64,000 nt of DNA from Candidatus Multivoradales bacterium (GTDB taxonomy: Bacteria; Acidobacteriota; Thermoanaerobaculia; Multivoradales; JAHEKO01), in NCBI GenBank assembly GCA_965248055.1, contig CBDFIJ010000004.1, forward strand, positions 2,688,001 to 2,752,000, read 5' to 3'. The notes under the pieces were generated by a model. The model saw nothing but the letters and a program-made list of their open reading frames with translations. It ran no database searches and was not told where the DNA came from. Position 1 is the stretch's first letter, and each line of letters begins with the position of its first letter. The translations under genes and the position numbers were made by a program. Shown here in pieces: positions 17,160-27,796 of the stretch.

Positions 17160-18502
17160 GAGGCGAGACCGAGTTTCTTCGCGTAGTAGCGGAAGGATCT
17201 GAAAGACACCCCCAGCAGTTCCGCAGCCTTGGTCTGCACACCGCCGGAGTTCTCTAGCGCTTGGCGCATCAGTTCTCGTCGCACGGAGTCGACGTAATTT
17301 TCAAGATCTAGTCCGTCTACGGGTAGTGTCAGATCACCGGAGAAAAAGGTCTCCTCGGGAGCGCGAATCTCTGTTGGCAGGTCCTCAAGAGTGATTACTT
17401 TGGTCTTCGCCATGGTAGCCGCGCGTTCGATGGCATTTTCGAGTTCGCGGACATTGCCCGGCCAGTCGTATTGCTTGAGCCTATCGAGGGCCTGGATGTT
17501 GATCTCTGCTGCGCCCCCGGAGGCCGCCAGCTTGGCCAGAAAGTGTCGGGACAGCACCTCGATGTCGTCTCGACGCTGGCGCAACGGAGGTACTTGGATG
17601 GGGAGAACGTTGACCCGGTAGTAGAGGTCTTCGCGAAAAGAACTGTCGGCGACTTTGCCCGCGAGGTCCTGGTTAGTGGCGGTGATAATGCGGGCATGAA
17701 ATGGCTCCTCGCGGTTCCCCCCCACCCGTCTTACTGTTCGCTCCTGGAGTGCGCGCAGTAGCTTGACCTGCATCGCTTGGGTCATGTCCCCGATTTCGTC
17801 CAAGAATAGAGTGCCGCGACCGGCTTCACGAAATAGACCCCGTCTTTCCTGTACCGCGCCGGTAAAGGCACCGCGGACGTGGCCGAACATCTCACTTTCT
17901 AGAAGCCCTTCCGGTAGCGCACCACAATTGATCGACAAGAAGGGTCCCTCAGAATTGGCACTCAGACGGTGGACTTCCCTTGCCACCAATTCTTTGCCGG
18001 TACCGCTTTCGCCTTGGATCAACACCGTAGAAGACGATTTCGCCACCCGGGTGATCAAGTCAAAAACGGTTGCCATGGCTGGGCTTTGGCCCACGATCGA
18101 GGACCGAGTGTCCACTCGGCGACCGACTAGAGAGATCTGTCGATCCAACACGTTGCGGACCACCGATCGAAATTCATCAATATCAAACGGCTTTGAGACA
18201 TAGTCTTCGGCGCCTAGCTTCATCGCTTCGATTGCTGAGTCGGTCGAGGTGTAGGCGGTCATCACGATCACTGGAACTTTTCGCTGGTCTTCGCGCAGTT
18301 GCCGCAATAGATCGAAGCCGTGCCCGTCACCAAGCTGCAGATCACAGATCACCAGCTGAAAGGTGTCGTTCTCCAAGAATTCCTGCGCCGCGCTGAGCGA
18401 GTCCGCAGCAGCAGTGGAGTAGCCGTCTTGCTCAAGCAGGACACCAACCATGTCCAGCAAGCTGGCTTCGTCGTCAACGATCAGAATTTTCGGTGCTGCC
18501 AT
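17156..18502 (-). CDS. pilR: sigma54-dependent response regulator (PilR-like)
   Basis: REC (ILIVDDE, D, KPF) plus AAA+ (GAFTGA) plus HTH; follows pilT-pilC-pilS. Confidence 0.85.
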   Translation of the reverse strand: MAAPKILIVDDEASLLDMVGVLLEQDGYSTAAADSLSAAQEFLENDTFQLVICDLQLGDGHGFDLLRQLREDQRKVPVIVMTAYTSTDSAIEAMKLGAEDYVSKPFDIDEFRSVVRNVLDRQISLVGRRVDTRSSIVGQSPAMATVFDLITRVAKSSSTVLIQGESGTGKELVAREVHRLSANSEGPFLSINCGALPEGLLESEMFGHVRGAFTGAVQERRGLFREAGRGTLFLDEIGDMTQAMQVKLLRALQERTVRRVGGNREEPFHARIITATNQDLAGKVADSSFREDLYYRVNVLPIQVPPLRQRRDDIEVLSRHFLAKLAASGGAAEINIQALDRLKQYDWPGNVRELENAIERAATMAKTKVITLEDLPTEIRAPEETFFSGDLTLPVDGLDLENYVDSVRRELMRQALENSGGVQTKAAELLGVSFRSFRYYAKKLGLAS

Positions 18503-18504
18503 GT

Positions 18505-20154
18505 CTAGGTCTGGGATTCTCTGGGACTAGCTTCCTCGGGACCAGTTTCTTCAAGATTAGGGAACTCTACTGTAGCCAGGGTGCCGCCGCCTTTGGCGGG
18601 GCCGATTCGCAGATGCCCTCGGTGTGCTTCGGCGATTCGATAAACGATTGCCAACCCGATTCCGGCACCCGCACGGAATTGAGATTGAAAAGGACTCACC
18701 AGGTTCGCCAGTTGTTTCGAGTCGATGCCCACTCCGTGATCTCGGACGGCAAGGGTCACCCAGGAATCATTGGCTTCGACCGAAATTTCCATTGTGCCGC
18801 CGTCGGGCATGGCGCGCAGAGCATTTTGCGTGAGGTTCCAAAAGATTTGCGTGACTTGATCGCAATCGGCAGCCAATATCTGTGGTTGGTCCAGGTTGTT
18901 CAGCTGGACTTGATGCTGGGTGCCGAAGTCAACACTATGGGTCAATAGCTCGGAGCACTCGCGTACCAGGGCGGTGAGATCAAAAGTAGTTCTGTCTACT
19001 TCTGGTCTGCGGGCGAACGACAGGAAATCCTTGACTGTGCGATCCAGACGCTGACTTTCTCGCCCAATAACTTGGAGCAGCCGTAGTTCTGACGGACTGG
19101 ATTCTGTTTCGCGCAGCAATTGCGCCGAACCGGCGATCGCGGCCAACGGGTTACCGATCTCGTGGGCTAGGCCAGCAGCCAATTCGCCGGCGGTCGCCAT
19201 ACGTTCCTGCAGCTGCAGTTCAGAAGCCAGGCGACGCTCCTCGGTGACATCGACAATCGTCATGCAACGGCCGATCTCTTGGTTTTGTGAAGTCAAAGGT
19301 CGGATGATGATGTCTAAAGCAAAGTGTCGGCCGCCTATCTCGACCTCGATTTCCTCACGCTCGCTGTTTCGACTAGCGAGCAGAGCGCTTACTTGCGATG
19401 GAAAACGATCACTGAAGGAGCGGCTGGGAGCGGCTACCGGATTGGGTATTGCAAACAGAGCACAGGCCGCCCGGTTGACGCTGGTCACGCCACCTTGCAG
19501 GTCGGTAGTGATGACCCCAGAATCGATCGATTCGAACACATTACGATAGAGGTTTTCCAGCCGCTGATAGCGTCTTTCAGAGTGTGCTAATTGACTGGCA
19601 ACGGCCTCGGTTCGGCCGATCAGATTGGACGCCAGAAGCGCGACCGCGTAAAGACCCAAGCAATGGGTCAAGATTTTGTAGACGACCAGAAAAACTAGGC
19701 TGTCCGGGTTGCTGTCAGGGGTCTGTGAAATCCACCAACCCTTGTACAAACCGGTAACGGCAACCGCGTAGCTGGCCCAGGCAAAGGTCGCGAGGTGGAA
19801 AGCAGCCCGCCGAGAGACCATCCAAGCAGCGGCGACCACGATCGGGAAATACAGCACGGAGAACGCCGTCCGCACTCCGTAATGGACCACCAACATGGTG
19901 ACTAGCCCCGTGTCGAACGCCAGTTGTACGTACGCCTGATTGCCCAGTCGATCGCTATTTCGAGCCCACCACCAGTAGAAGAAGGAGAGTAGATAACCCG
20001 CGGCGAGCATTCCCCAGAGGAACCATCCTGCGCTTGGGACGAACGGTTGTTGTTGATCGGAAAGAGCGCCTACGAGAACAATCGATGCGGCGCCGGTTGC
20101 GGCGACCAACCGAACCCAGATCAGGCGCTGGAGATTCGCTCTGATATTTTCCAT
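18505..20154 (-). CDS. pilS: Membrane sensor histidine kinase with PAS domain (PilS-like)
   Basis: About 6 TM helices, PAS (SGVITTD...SVNRAA), H-box AHEIGNPL, N-box NLTQNA and GAGIGL. Confidence 0.85.
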   Translation of the reverse strand: MENIRANLQRLIWVRLVAATGAASIVLVGALSDQQQPFVPSAGWFLWGMLAAGYLLSFFYWWWARNSDRLGNQAYVQLAFDTGLVTMLVVHYGVRTAFSVLYFPIVVAAAWMVSRRAAFHLATFAWASYAVAVTGLYKGWWISQTPDSNPDSLVFLVVYKILTHCLGLYAVALLASNLIGRTEAVASQLAHSERRYQRLENLYRNVFESIDSGVITTDLQGGVTSVNRAACALFAIPNPVAAPSRSFSDRFPSQVSALLASRNSEREEIEVEIGGRHFALDIIIRPLTSQNQEIGRCMTIVDVTEERRLASELQLQERMATAGELAAGLAHEIGNPLAAIAGSAQLLRETESSPSELRLLQVIGRESQRLDRTVKDFLSFARRPEVDRTTFDLTALVRECSELLTHSVDFGTQHQVQLNNLDQPQILAADCDQVTQIFWNLTQNALRAMPDGGTMEISVEANDSWVTLAVRDHGVGIDSKQLANLVSPFQSQFRAGAGIGLAIVYRIAEAHRGHLRIGPAKGGGTLATVEFPNLEETGPEEASPRESQT

Positions 20155-20196
20155 CCGTTGCTGATCCTACGACGGACGATCGCTGTTTACAGATGC

Positions 20197-21402
20197 CTAG
20201 TTGATCTGGGACAGCATCGAATACAGAGGCAGATACATCGCTGTAACGATAAACCCAATGACAATACCCAGAAAAACGATTAGCAGGGGCTCGATCAGTT
20301 TCATCAATCCTTCGACTGCAATGTCAACTTCTTCTTCGTAGAAATCGGCGACTTTGGAGAGCAACTGGTCGATGGCGCCGGTTTGCTCACCAACCGCAAC
20401 CATCTGCACCGCCATCGCCGGAAAGCGCTTGGTTTCCGCCAACGGTCCAGCCAAGGAGCGACCCTGTTCGACGTCCGCACGCACTTGGTAGACCGCATCT
20501 TCAATGACGGCATTACCCGCGGTGCGAGCAGTAATGTCGAGCGCCTCCAGAATTGGAACACCAGAGACGGTTAAGGTGGCCAAGGTTCTGCCGAACCGCG
20601 CCACCGCGATCTTGAGCAGCAGATCGCCGAGCACCGGAATCTTTAGCAACAACCGGTCAACCATCCTTCGACCGGAGTCGGTCCGGTAGTAGACACGAAT
20701 CCCGAGTACCAGCACGATCAAACCAGCGAAAATCCACGGTGACCAGCGACCCAGGAAATTGGAAATACCAACGATGACCTGGGTTAGGTATGGCAGCTCG
20801 CCGCCGAGCCCAGAGTAGAGTTGTTGGAAGACCGGGATGACTTTCCACAGAATGACGTAGACCACGGCGATGGCGACAAAGGTCACGGTTGCCGGGTAGA
20901 GCATTGCTGCTCGAACTTGCGCTGTGAGTCGGACGATTTTGTCTAGGTACTCCGCCAGCCTGCGCAGGACAACGTCCAAGACACCGCCGCTTTCGCCCGC
21001 CTCAATCATCGCGGTCATCAGGTCGTCAAAGGCTTTGGGCTGCTTGTGCATCGAGTCGGCCAACGACGAACCGCCCTCGATGTCCGCACGCACCTCTTCA
21101 ACGATTTCTCTGAACTTCTTCTTCTCGTGCTGACTGCCCAAGATTTCGAGACATTGCACTAGGGGTAGCCCGGCTTCCAGCATCACCGAAAACTGGCGCA
21201 TGAAAACCGCCAGAATCTTTTTTGGGATCGAGAAATCGAGGCCGAGGCGAGACCGCCAACCGGTCTGCCGCTCGCGAATACTGGCAACCGTGATCTGTTG
21301 CCGTCGCAACATGACCATTGCTGCAGCTCGATTGTCCGCCGCAATCACTCCACTCTGAGATTCTCCGTTGCGACTCCGTCCCCGCCACTGATAGTTCGGC
21401 AT
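20197..21402 (-). CDS. pilC: Type IV pilus platform protein (T2SSF family)
   Basis: RQFSVMLEAGLPLVQCL, AGESGGVLD, AAMLYP, VGEQTG and LIEP motifs. Confidence 0.95.
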   Translation of the reverse strand: MPNYQWRGRSRNGESQSGVIAADNRAAAMVMLRRQQITVASIRERQTGWRSRLGLDFSIPKKILAVFMRQFSVMLEAGLPLVQCLEILGSQHEKKKFREIVEEVRADIEGGSSLADSMHKQPKAFDDLMTAMIEAGESGGVLDVVLRRLAEYLDKIVRLTAQVRAAMLYPATVTFVAIAVVYVILWKVIPVFQQLYSGLGGELPYLTQVIVGISNFLGRWSPWIFAGLIVLVLGIRVYYRTDSGRRMVDRLLLKIPVLGDLLLKIAVARFGRTLATLTVSGVPILEALDITARTAGNAVIEDAVYQVRADVEQGRSLAGPLAETKRFPAMAVQMVAVGEQTGAIDQLLSKVADFYEEEVDIAVEGLMKLIEPLLIVFLGIVIGFIVTAMYLPLYSMLSQIN

Positions 21403-21435
21403 TCAGTATTACCCTGCTTGATTACCTTCTGTTGG

Positions 21436-22542
21436 CTATCTTGTGTTCACCATGACCTGGGTCAGAGCTTCTGGACCCCGATCCAAGATTTCTTCCAACT
21501 CTTCGACTCGAGAGGAACGAGAAAGCGCGAGCTGCTTGGTAATCGATCTCTTGAAGTAGAGGGCTGCCAAGGATTGGTTGAAAGTCTGCATTTCGTGTTT
21601 TGCTTGTCCAGCTTGCATCATGCCGTAGACCTGATGCACTTTGTCTTCGCGGATTAGATTTCGGATCGCAGAAGTTGGCACCAGTACCTCCATCGCCAGG
21701 GCGCGGCCCTCCCCAGAGGCCTTCGGAAGAAGTGCTTGGCACAGGATCCCCTCCAGAACCAGGGAAAGCTGGGCACGAATCTGGCCCTGCTGGTGAGCAG
21801 GGAAGATATCAACGATTCGGTTGATTGTCTGAGCTGCAGAATTGGTGTGCAGCGTGGCAAAGGTGAGATGTCCCGTTTCGGCGACGCGCAATGCCGCTTC
21901 AACCGTGGTGTGGTCGCGCATTTCGCCGATCAGCGCGACATCTGGGTCCTGGCGCAAGATGGAACGCATCGCGGCTTCCCAAGACAAGGTGTCTTGATCG
22001 AGTTCCCGTTGATTGATGATGCAACTTTTGTGATTGTGGAGATACTCGATGGGGTCCTCGATGGTGACAATGTGTGCGGTGCGTTCGGCATTGATCTTGT
22101 CGATCATCGCTGCCAAGGTTGTGCTCTTTCCCGAACCGGTGGGGCCGGTGACCAACACCAGTCCACGAGGTTTGTCACATAGCGACTCGACGATCCCAGG
22201 GAGGCCTAGCTCCCGGAAGGAACGAATTTCAAAAGGGATCTGGCGAAATGCCGCCGCTAACGATCCGCGTTGATGAAATACATTGGCGCGAAATCGAGCC
22301 AAACCGCGAATACCAAAGGAAAAGTCGATCTCAAGATCTTCTTCCAATCGATGCTTTTGATTGTCGGTAAGAATTGAGTAGATCAAACGCTTGGTTTCAG
22401 ACGGCTGAAGGTCATCGTGGTTGAGCCTGACAAGTTCTCCGTCGATACGGATTTGCGGCGCTGAGTAAACCGTGATGTGAAGATCCGAAGCCCCCCGCTC
22501 CACAGCTTCGGTGAGAAAGTCCTTGAGCGTTTTTGTCAGCAC
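21436..22542 (-). CDS. pilT: Type IV pilus retraction ATPase
   Basis: GPTGSGKSTT, TIEDPIE, LRQDPD, AETGH and the PilT-specific AIRNLIRE. Start placed at GTG 22542. Confidence 0.96.
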   Translation of the reverse strand: MLTKTLKDFLTEAVERGASDLHITVYSAPQIRIDGELVRLNHDDLQPSETKRLIYSILTDNQKHRLEEDLEIDFSFGIRGLARFRANVFHQRGSLAAAFRQIPFEIRSFRELGLPGIVESLCDKPRGLVLVTGPTGSGKSTTLAAMIDKINAERTAHIVTIEDPIEYLHNHKSCIINQRELDQDTLSWEAAMRSILRQDPDVALIGEMRDHTTVEAALRVAETGHLTFATLHTNSAAQTINRIVDIFPAHQQGQIRAQLSLVLEGILCQALLPKASGEGRALAMEVLVPTSAIRNLIREDKVHQVYGMMQAGQAKHEMQTFNQSLAALYFKRSITKQLALSRSSRVEELEEILDRGPEALTQVMVNTR

Positions 22543-22637
22543 ACCGATTTCCCCATTTTGGACCGTAGTCCAGAATTTTCGGCAGTGTAACCCAACCAAC
22601 GAGCTGGAGGTAGAGGTGTTGGTCACAGCCTATTGAT

Positions 22638-24521
22638 ATGGTCCCGCCCGCGATGTTTGATGACACTAATGAAGCAGCGGTTGGCAATATCTTCGACCGG
22701 GAGTTGTTTTTTCGGCTTCTGGGGTATCTCAAGCCCTACCAGGGGCGTGTGGTTTTTGCCGTCGCCCTGATTATCGGATCTTCAGTCCTGCAACTCGCCG
22801 GCCCGCTGTTGACCGCCACCGCGCTCGACGCGTTGGTGCGTTCGGATGCTGCTCCCACCGCCACCGGCGCGTGGCTGAGAGAGCAAATTAGCTCGGGCCA
22901 GTGGACCGCCGATGGTGCCCTGGCGGTGATTGGCCTCCTTTACGTGGTTTCGCTGGTGCTGTCGTTTGTCGTGCTGTTTGGTCAGGGTTGGCTGATGCAG
23001 AACCTGGGACAGCGAGTTTTGGCCGACTTGCGGGGCCAGATCTTTGCGCACCTGCAGCGGCTGGAAATCGCCTTCTTTGACCGCAATCCGGTGGGCCGCC
23101 TGGTGACTCGAGTGACCAATGATGTCGACGCCCTGAACGAGTTGTTCACCTCTGGTGTGGTGGCGATCTTTGGAGATTTGGCTCTGCTGACCGGAATCAT
23201 CGCCGTACTGGCATGGATGGATTGGCGTCTTGCCCTGACGACGTTGGCGGTTTTGCCAGCCCTGGCGGTATTGACGGTGTGGTTTCGTCTTCGAGCGCGC
23301 CAAAGCTATCGGGATGTGCGCACGCGACTGGCGAAGATCAATGCCTTTCTTCAGGAGCACATTACCGGCATTTCTGTCATCCAGTTGTTCACCGCTGAGC
23401 GTTCAACCATAGACCAGTTTTCCGCGATCAACGATCAGCACCGCAGCGCCAACGTCAAGGCGATCTTCTACTACGCGGTCTACTACCCGGCAGTGGAACT
23501 TCTCACCGCGATCGGCGTGGGATTGATTTTGTGGTTTGGAGGTCGACTCTCCACCAGCGGGGCGATCTCAATCGGTGCCTTGGTGGCCTTTCTGCAATAT
23601 GCTCAGCGCTTCTATCGTCCGCTCTCCGACTTGGCGGAGAAATACAACATTTTGCAGGCGGCGATGGCTGCTTCGGAAAGGATTTTTGCGCTTCTCGATC
23701 GCAATCCCGAGATCGAGTCGCCGGTCGAAGGCAGAGTCGACGCAGTGCGTGGCACGATCGAGTTTCGAGATGTCAACTTTTCTTACCTGGTAGGGGAGCC
23801 GGTACTTGAGGGCATCTCGTTTCGTGTCGAGGCGGGTGAGACGGTGGCGATTGTTGGCCACACCGGCGCGGGCAAGACCACTCTGTCCAATCTCATATTG
23901 CGTTTCTACGATGTCGACTCGGGGTCAGTCGAGATCGATGGCGTCGATGTCCGTCAATGGAACTTGGATGCGTTGCGGGGCGGCTGCGGCATGGTCCTAC
24001 AAGACGTCTTCTTGTTCTCCCGTTCGGTCGCGGAGAACATTCTGTTGGGGCGGGGCAGTGATCCCAATATCGATGCCCTGCAGTTGCTCCGTAGCGCCGC
24101 TTCGGACGCTCAGATTCTGGACACCATCAACGAGTTGCCGCAGGGGTTTGAGGATCCTGTGCGGGAACGGGGTGCCGGGTTCTCGGTCGGTCAAAAGCAA
24201 CTCTTGAGTTTTGCCCGGGCACTGTCTGCTGATCCTCGCATCTTAATTCTGGACGAAGCCACGTCTTCGGTGGATCCAACCACCGAAGAGGCGATTCAAG
24301 TTGCCTTAGATCGTCTGCTGGCCGGCCGCACCAGCTTGGTGATCGCTCATCGGCTGTCGACCATTCAGCGCGCGGATCGGGTTCTGGTGTTTCACCACGG
24401 TCGTTTGCGCGAGCAGGGCACCCACCAAGAATTGTTGGCTCAAGATGGGATCTACGCCCGGCTCTATCAGCTTCAATACGCTGATGGCAGTCGGATTTCC
24501 AGCGCAGTAGACAACCTGTAG
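22638..24521 (+). CDS. ABC exporter half-transporter (MdlB-like; TMD+NBD)
   Basis: TMD, GHTGAGKT, degenerate signature FSVGQ, Walker B ILDEATS and H-loop IAHRL. Confidence 0.92.
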   Translation: MVPPAMFDDTNEAAVGNIFDRELFFRLLGYLKPYQGRVVFAVALIIGSSVLQLAGPLLTATALDALVRSDAAPTATGAWLREQISSGQWTADGALAVIGLLYVVSLVLSFVVLFGQGWLMQNLGQRVLADLRGQIFAHLQRLEIAFFDRNPVGRLVTRVTNDVDALNELFTSGVVAIFGDLALLTGIIAVLAWMDWRLALTTLAVLPALAVLTVWFRLRARQSYRDVRTRLAKINAFLQEHITGISVIQLFTAERSTIDQFSAINDQHRSANVKAIFYYAVYYPAVELLTAIGVGLILWFGGRLSTSGAISIGALVAFLQYAQRFYRPLSDLAEKYNILQAAMAASERIFALLDRNPEIESPVEGRVDAVRGTIEFRDVNFSYLVGEPVLEGISFRVEAGETVAIVGHTGAGKTTLSNLILRFYDVDSGSVEIDGVDVRQWNLDALRGGCGMVLQDVFLFSRSVAENILLGRGSDPNIDALQLLRSAASDAQILDTINELPQGFEDPVRERGAGFSVGQKQLLSFARALSADPRILILDEATSSVDPTTEEAIQVALDRLLAGRTSLVIAHRLSTIQRADRVLVFHHGRLREQGTHQELLAQDGIYARLYQLQYADGSRISSAVDNL

Positions 24522-24673
24522 GTATGCGAGCCTGAGATCTCTCGGAATCTGTTTCGAGTCTTGCAACGGTGTGTGGTCTTTTTTCTCCAAGTTGTCAGGA
24601 ACTCGGCCCGTCAGTCAGAGTATGCCGATAGTGGGTTTCAACAACCTCAGGGCCTGCAGGAGAGGTGCGGCAA

Positions 24674-25324
24674 TTACCAACTCACCGAGTCTAACTTCCA
24701 CCCATCATCGTAGAGCGCGAATGTTGCGATGCCACTATTATCCCTGTCGTCAACTAGCCTCTTTGAGCAGACGTTCGCAAGAAGGGTGAAGTCTTCATAT
24801 CCCCAGACAAAGTTCACGTGGGAAACAGTCAGCCCAAGTGCTGGTGTTGGCTCTGAAATACTTGCTATTCTTCGGATTCTTCGTTTGCCAGCAAGTACCT
24901 CGACGCCTTCTCTCACCTCATTGAAGTGTCTGGAAATGGTTTTTCTTCTTACCAGCAGTAGCGCTTCGTCCGTCAGGTCTACTCTCCAATCCGATGTGTA
25001 TTTGTTATGCGGATTAGCCCGAGTAAATGTCCTCAAGTCGGTGGCCAAACCCAGCTCTAGCAGTTTCACGAAACACGTGTTGTCTTCGAGGAGCCTAGCT
25101 TTGTGCTTTTCGAGCCCGCCCTCCTCAAACACATAGTCCTCGATCATAATTGTGTGAGTGAGCTCTTCGCCAGCAGAGTTGTGAATTTCTAGTAACCCCA
25201 AAGCGCGAGAGCGAGAGAGATTCTTGTTGCTACAGGCACCACTGTTCGCGATGGTAACCAAGGAAATAGCAAGACCAATAGCCAAGCGGATAGGTCGCTG
25301 GATAGGGAGGTTGTGTTTCAACAT
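24674..25324 (-). CDS. Hypothetical protein, possible lipoprotein
   Basis: Roughly 216-aa ORF filling the gap. Basic-hydrophobic N-terminus ending SGAC; more AT-rich than its neighbours. Confidence 0.6.
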   Translation of the reverse strand: MLKHNLPIQRPIRLAIGLAISLVTIANSGACSNKNLSRSRALGLLEIHNSAGEELTHTIMIEDYVFEEGGLEKHKARLLEDNTCFVKLLELGLATDLRTFTRANPHNKYTSDWRVDLTDEALLLVRRKTISRHFNEVREGVEVLAGKRRIRRIASISEPTPALGLTVSHVNFVWGYEDFTLLANVCSKRLVDDRDNSGIATFALYDDGWKLDSVSW

Positions 25325-25451
25325 GCAGCATTTCCTTGTGGCCTGACGGCACAGCATTGGGCCGATGCCAACATTATATTCCTACCCTTTCTGCTACAAA
25401 ACGCAAGAAGAACTCTTGCGTGAGTATGGCCCTAGGCTTGGAGTCTCGGAG

Positions 25452-25988
25452 CTATGAGGGCTCTGTCGCCAGTTCCAGAGATTCCAAAAGTGTGAGCAAA
25501 TTGTGCCCGCGTAGGTTTGCGTCACTGTTGCCAGGATAGGCATAACGAATAACCAATAGTCTGCCACCTTTGGGATGGACAGTATAGCCCCAAAGTTCGC
25601 CCACGCTATTCCGTTCAGTATCTGGATAGCGACCCCGGGCGGTGTAGATTAAACCAATTGGCGCTTTCAACTGGCGATTGCCGAAACTCTCTCCTCCATC
25701 GAGGGCGTCGAACTCTGCGAGTTTATTGCGCGCGGCCTGCTCGATATTGATGACGTCGTCTTCGCCGTTGACCAGAGTCAGAGTTCCCTGCGAGCCATCA
25801 CTCAGAATCCATTGGTCAGAGTCCTGAGCGACCACGGACCAGGGATCGCTGAGATCCACGACACGAATCCCCAGCGATTGGTGGTCGATGGTTGTCGATT
25901 CGTGAGTCGGCCGAGCAGATGGAGTACAGTTGAGCGCTAGCGTTAGCAACAAAACCGTTGGCAGAGAAGAGTGATATTGGCAGTACAT
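25452..25988 (-). CDS. Hypothetical exported protein
   Basis: 178-aa ORF co-directional with pntB; hydrophobic N-terminal stretch followed by Cys. Confidence 0.6.
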   Translation of the reverse strand: MYCQYHSSLPTVLLLTLALNCTPSARPTHESTTIDHQSLGIRVVDLSDPWSVVAQDSDQWILSDGSQGTLTLVNGEDDVINIEQAARNKLAEFDALDGGESFGNRQLKAPIGLIYTARGRYPDTERNSVGELWGYTVHPKGGRLLVIRYAYPGNSDANLRGHNLLTLLESLELATEPS

Positions 25989-26075
25989 TTGAAGTTGACT
26001 CCTTACTCTTGATTTGAACCGAGTTGGACTGTTGATTCCATCATCCGTAATCCTGCTGTCCGGAGCTTAAAGAGA

Positions 26076-27488
26076 TCAACCCGTCAGGTCTTTGAATTCG
26101 GTGATCATTTCCTGCACCGCCGCTTTGGCATCGGCGAACACCATCATGGTGTTGTCGCGTTCAAACAGCGGATTCTTGATCCCGGCGAAGCCAGGGCTAA
26201 GGCTGCGTTTGATCACCACCACCAAGCGGGCGTGAGACACCTCGAGGATCGGCATGCCGTAAATCGGGCTTCCTGGGTCTTCCGCGGTTGGGTTGACGAC
26301 ATCGTTGGCGCCGACGACGATCGCGACATCGGTCTGAGGGAATTCCGGGTTGATATGCGCCATCTCGATCAGCTGCTCGTAGGGTACGTCGGCTTCAGCC
26401 AACAGCACGTTCATATGTCCCGGCATGCGACCGGCGACCGGGTGAATCGCATAGGAAACCTTAGTGCCGCGCGCTTCCAGCAAGGCGGCCAGTTCATGCA
26501 CCGCGTGTTGGGCCTGGGCCACCGCTAGGCCGTAGCCCGGCACGAACACCACGCTCTCAGCATTCTCCAGCACTAGAGCGACGTCTTCCGCGCCATAGGA
26601 GCGAACATTTTCGTACTCTTGATCCCCCGCCGACGAGTCGACCGCGCCGAAGCCACCGACCAGGACACTGAGCAAAGATCGATTCATCGCTTTGCACATG
26701 ATCTGAGTCAGGATCAGTCCCGACGCTCCGACCAGTGCTCCAGCGATCACCAACAGCAGGTTATTGACCACGAAGCCGGTGGCCGCAGCGGCGACTCCAG
26801 ACAGCGAGTTGAGCAGCGAGATCACCACCGGCATATCGGCGCCACCGATCGGTAGCACTAGGAGAGCGCCGAGCACTAGGCCGATTGCCACCAATCCCCA
26901 AATCCATAGCGACGCCGCTTCGGCACCGACTTGGTTTGCCAGCACTAGGCCAATTCCAATCGCACTTAGTGCGAGCAACCCATGCAGCACATGGCGGCCC
27001 GGAAGCAAGGTCGGTTTGCCGGATATTTTGCCCGAGAGCTTGCCAAACGCCACCGCGCTGCCGCCCATGGTCAAGGTGCCGATGATCATCGATGCCATGC
27101 CACTGACGACCGCTGCAGCACCCAAGTGATCCACCATCAACTGTTGGGAGCCGGGTTCAATCCAGTTGAGAAAAAAGAAAGAGGCGGCAACCAGTGCCGA
27201 AGCCAATCCACCGAATCCGTTCAAAATGGCAACCATCTCCGGCATCGCCGTCATCTCGACCTTGAGAGCCAAGATCGCACCCACGGCTGCGCCCAGCACC
27301 AGCCCTAGGACGATCCAAGTCGGATGGATGGCTTCTAGCTCTAAGACGGTAGTGGCAATTGCCAGCAGCATGGCGAATGCTGCCAGCGCATTCCCGCGCC
27401 GCGCCGTGCGCACTCGTGTCAGGTTTTTGATTCCGACAACGAACAGAATTGCCGAGACCAAATAGAGAAGAGGAATCAAGAAAGTCAT
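26076..27488 (-). CDS. pntB: NAD(P) transhydrogenase beta subunit
   Basis: MTAMPEMVA, IGGADMPVVISLLNS, PGYGLAVAQAQ, HPVAGRMPGHMNVLLAEA and GANDVVNP. Confidence 0.97.
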   Translation of the reverse strand: MTFLIPLLYLVSAILFVVGIKNLTRVRTARRGNALAAFAMLLAIATTVLELEAIHPTWIVLGLVLGAAVGAILALKVEMTAMPEMVAILNGFGGLASALVAASFFFLNWIEPGSQQLMVDHLGAAAVVSGMASMIIGTLTMGGSAVAFGKLSGKISGKPTLLPGRHVLHGLLALSAIGIGLVLANQVGAEAASLWIWGLVAIGLVLGALLVLPIGGADMPVVISLLNSLSGVAAAATGFVVNNLLLVIAGALVGASGLILTQIMCKAMNRSLLSVLVGGFGAVDSSAGDQEYENVRSYGAEDVALVLENAESVVFVPGYGLAVAQAQHAVHELAALLEARGTKVSYAIHPVAGRMPGHMNVLLAEADVPYEQLIEMAHINPEFPQTDVAIVVGANDVVNPTAEDPGSPIYGMPILEVSHARLVVVIKRSLSPGFAGIKNPLFERDNTMMVFADAKAAVQEMITEFKDLTG

Positions 27489-27796
27489 TGGGCGGTCTTT
27501 TTTCGTGATTTCTTGTCTTTGCCGCGAAACATTCCGAGCATTCGGTCGGTCACTAGAAAGCCGCCAACCACATTGAGGGTGGCCAACGCAACGGCAGCGG
27601 TTCCCAGCCAGGTGCTCAGTTGCGGGTCGCCGTTGTTGGCGCTATACAAGGCTCCAAGCACGGTAATTCCTGAGATCGCGTTGGCGCCAGACATCAAAGG
27701 TGTATGCAGGGTTGGTGGCACCTTGGTGATCAATTCAAAACCGAGGAAGGAGGACAGCACCAGGACGTAGACGGCGATCAATACCGGGCCGATCAT
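27485..27796 (-). CDS. pntAb: NAD(P) transhydrogenase alpha subunit part 2
   Basis: VPPTLHTPLMSGANAISGI and NVVGGFLVTDRML. Confidence 0.95.
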   Translation of the reverse strand: MIGPVLIAVYVLVLSSFLGFELITKVPPTLHTPLMSGANAISGITVLGALYSANNGDPQLSTWLGTAAVALATLNVVGGFLVTDRMLGMFRGKDKKSRKKTAQ

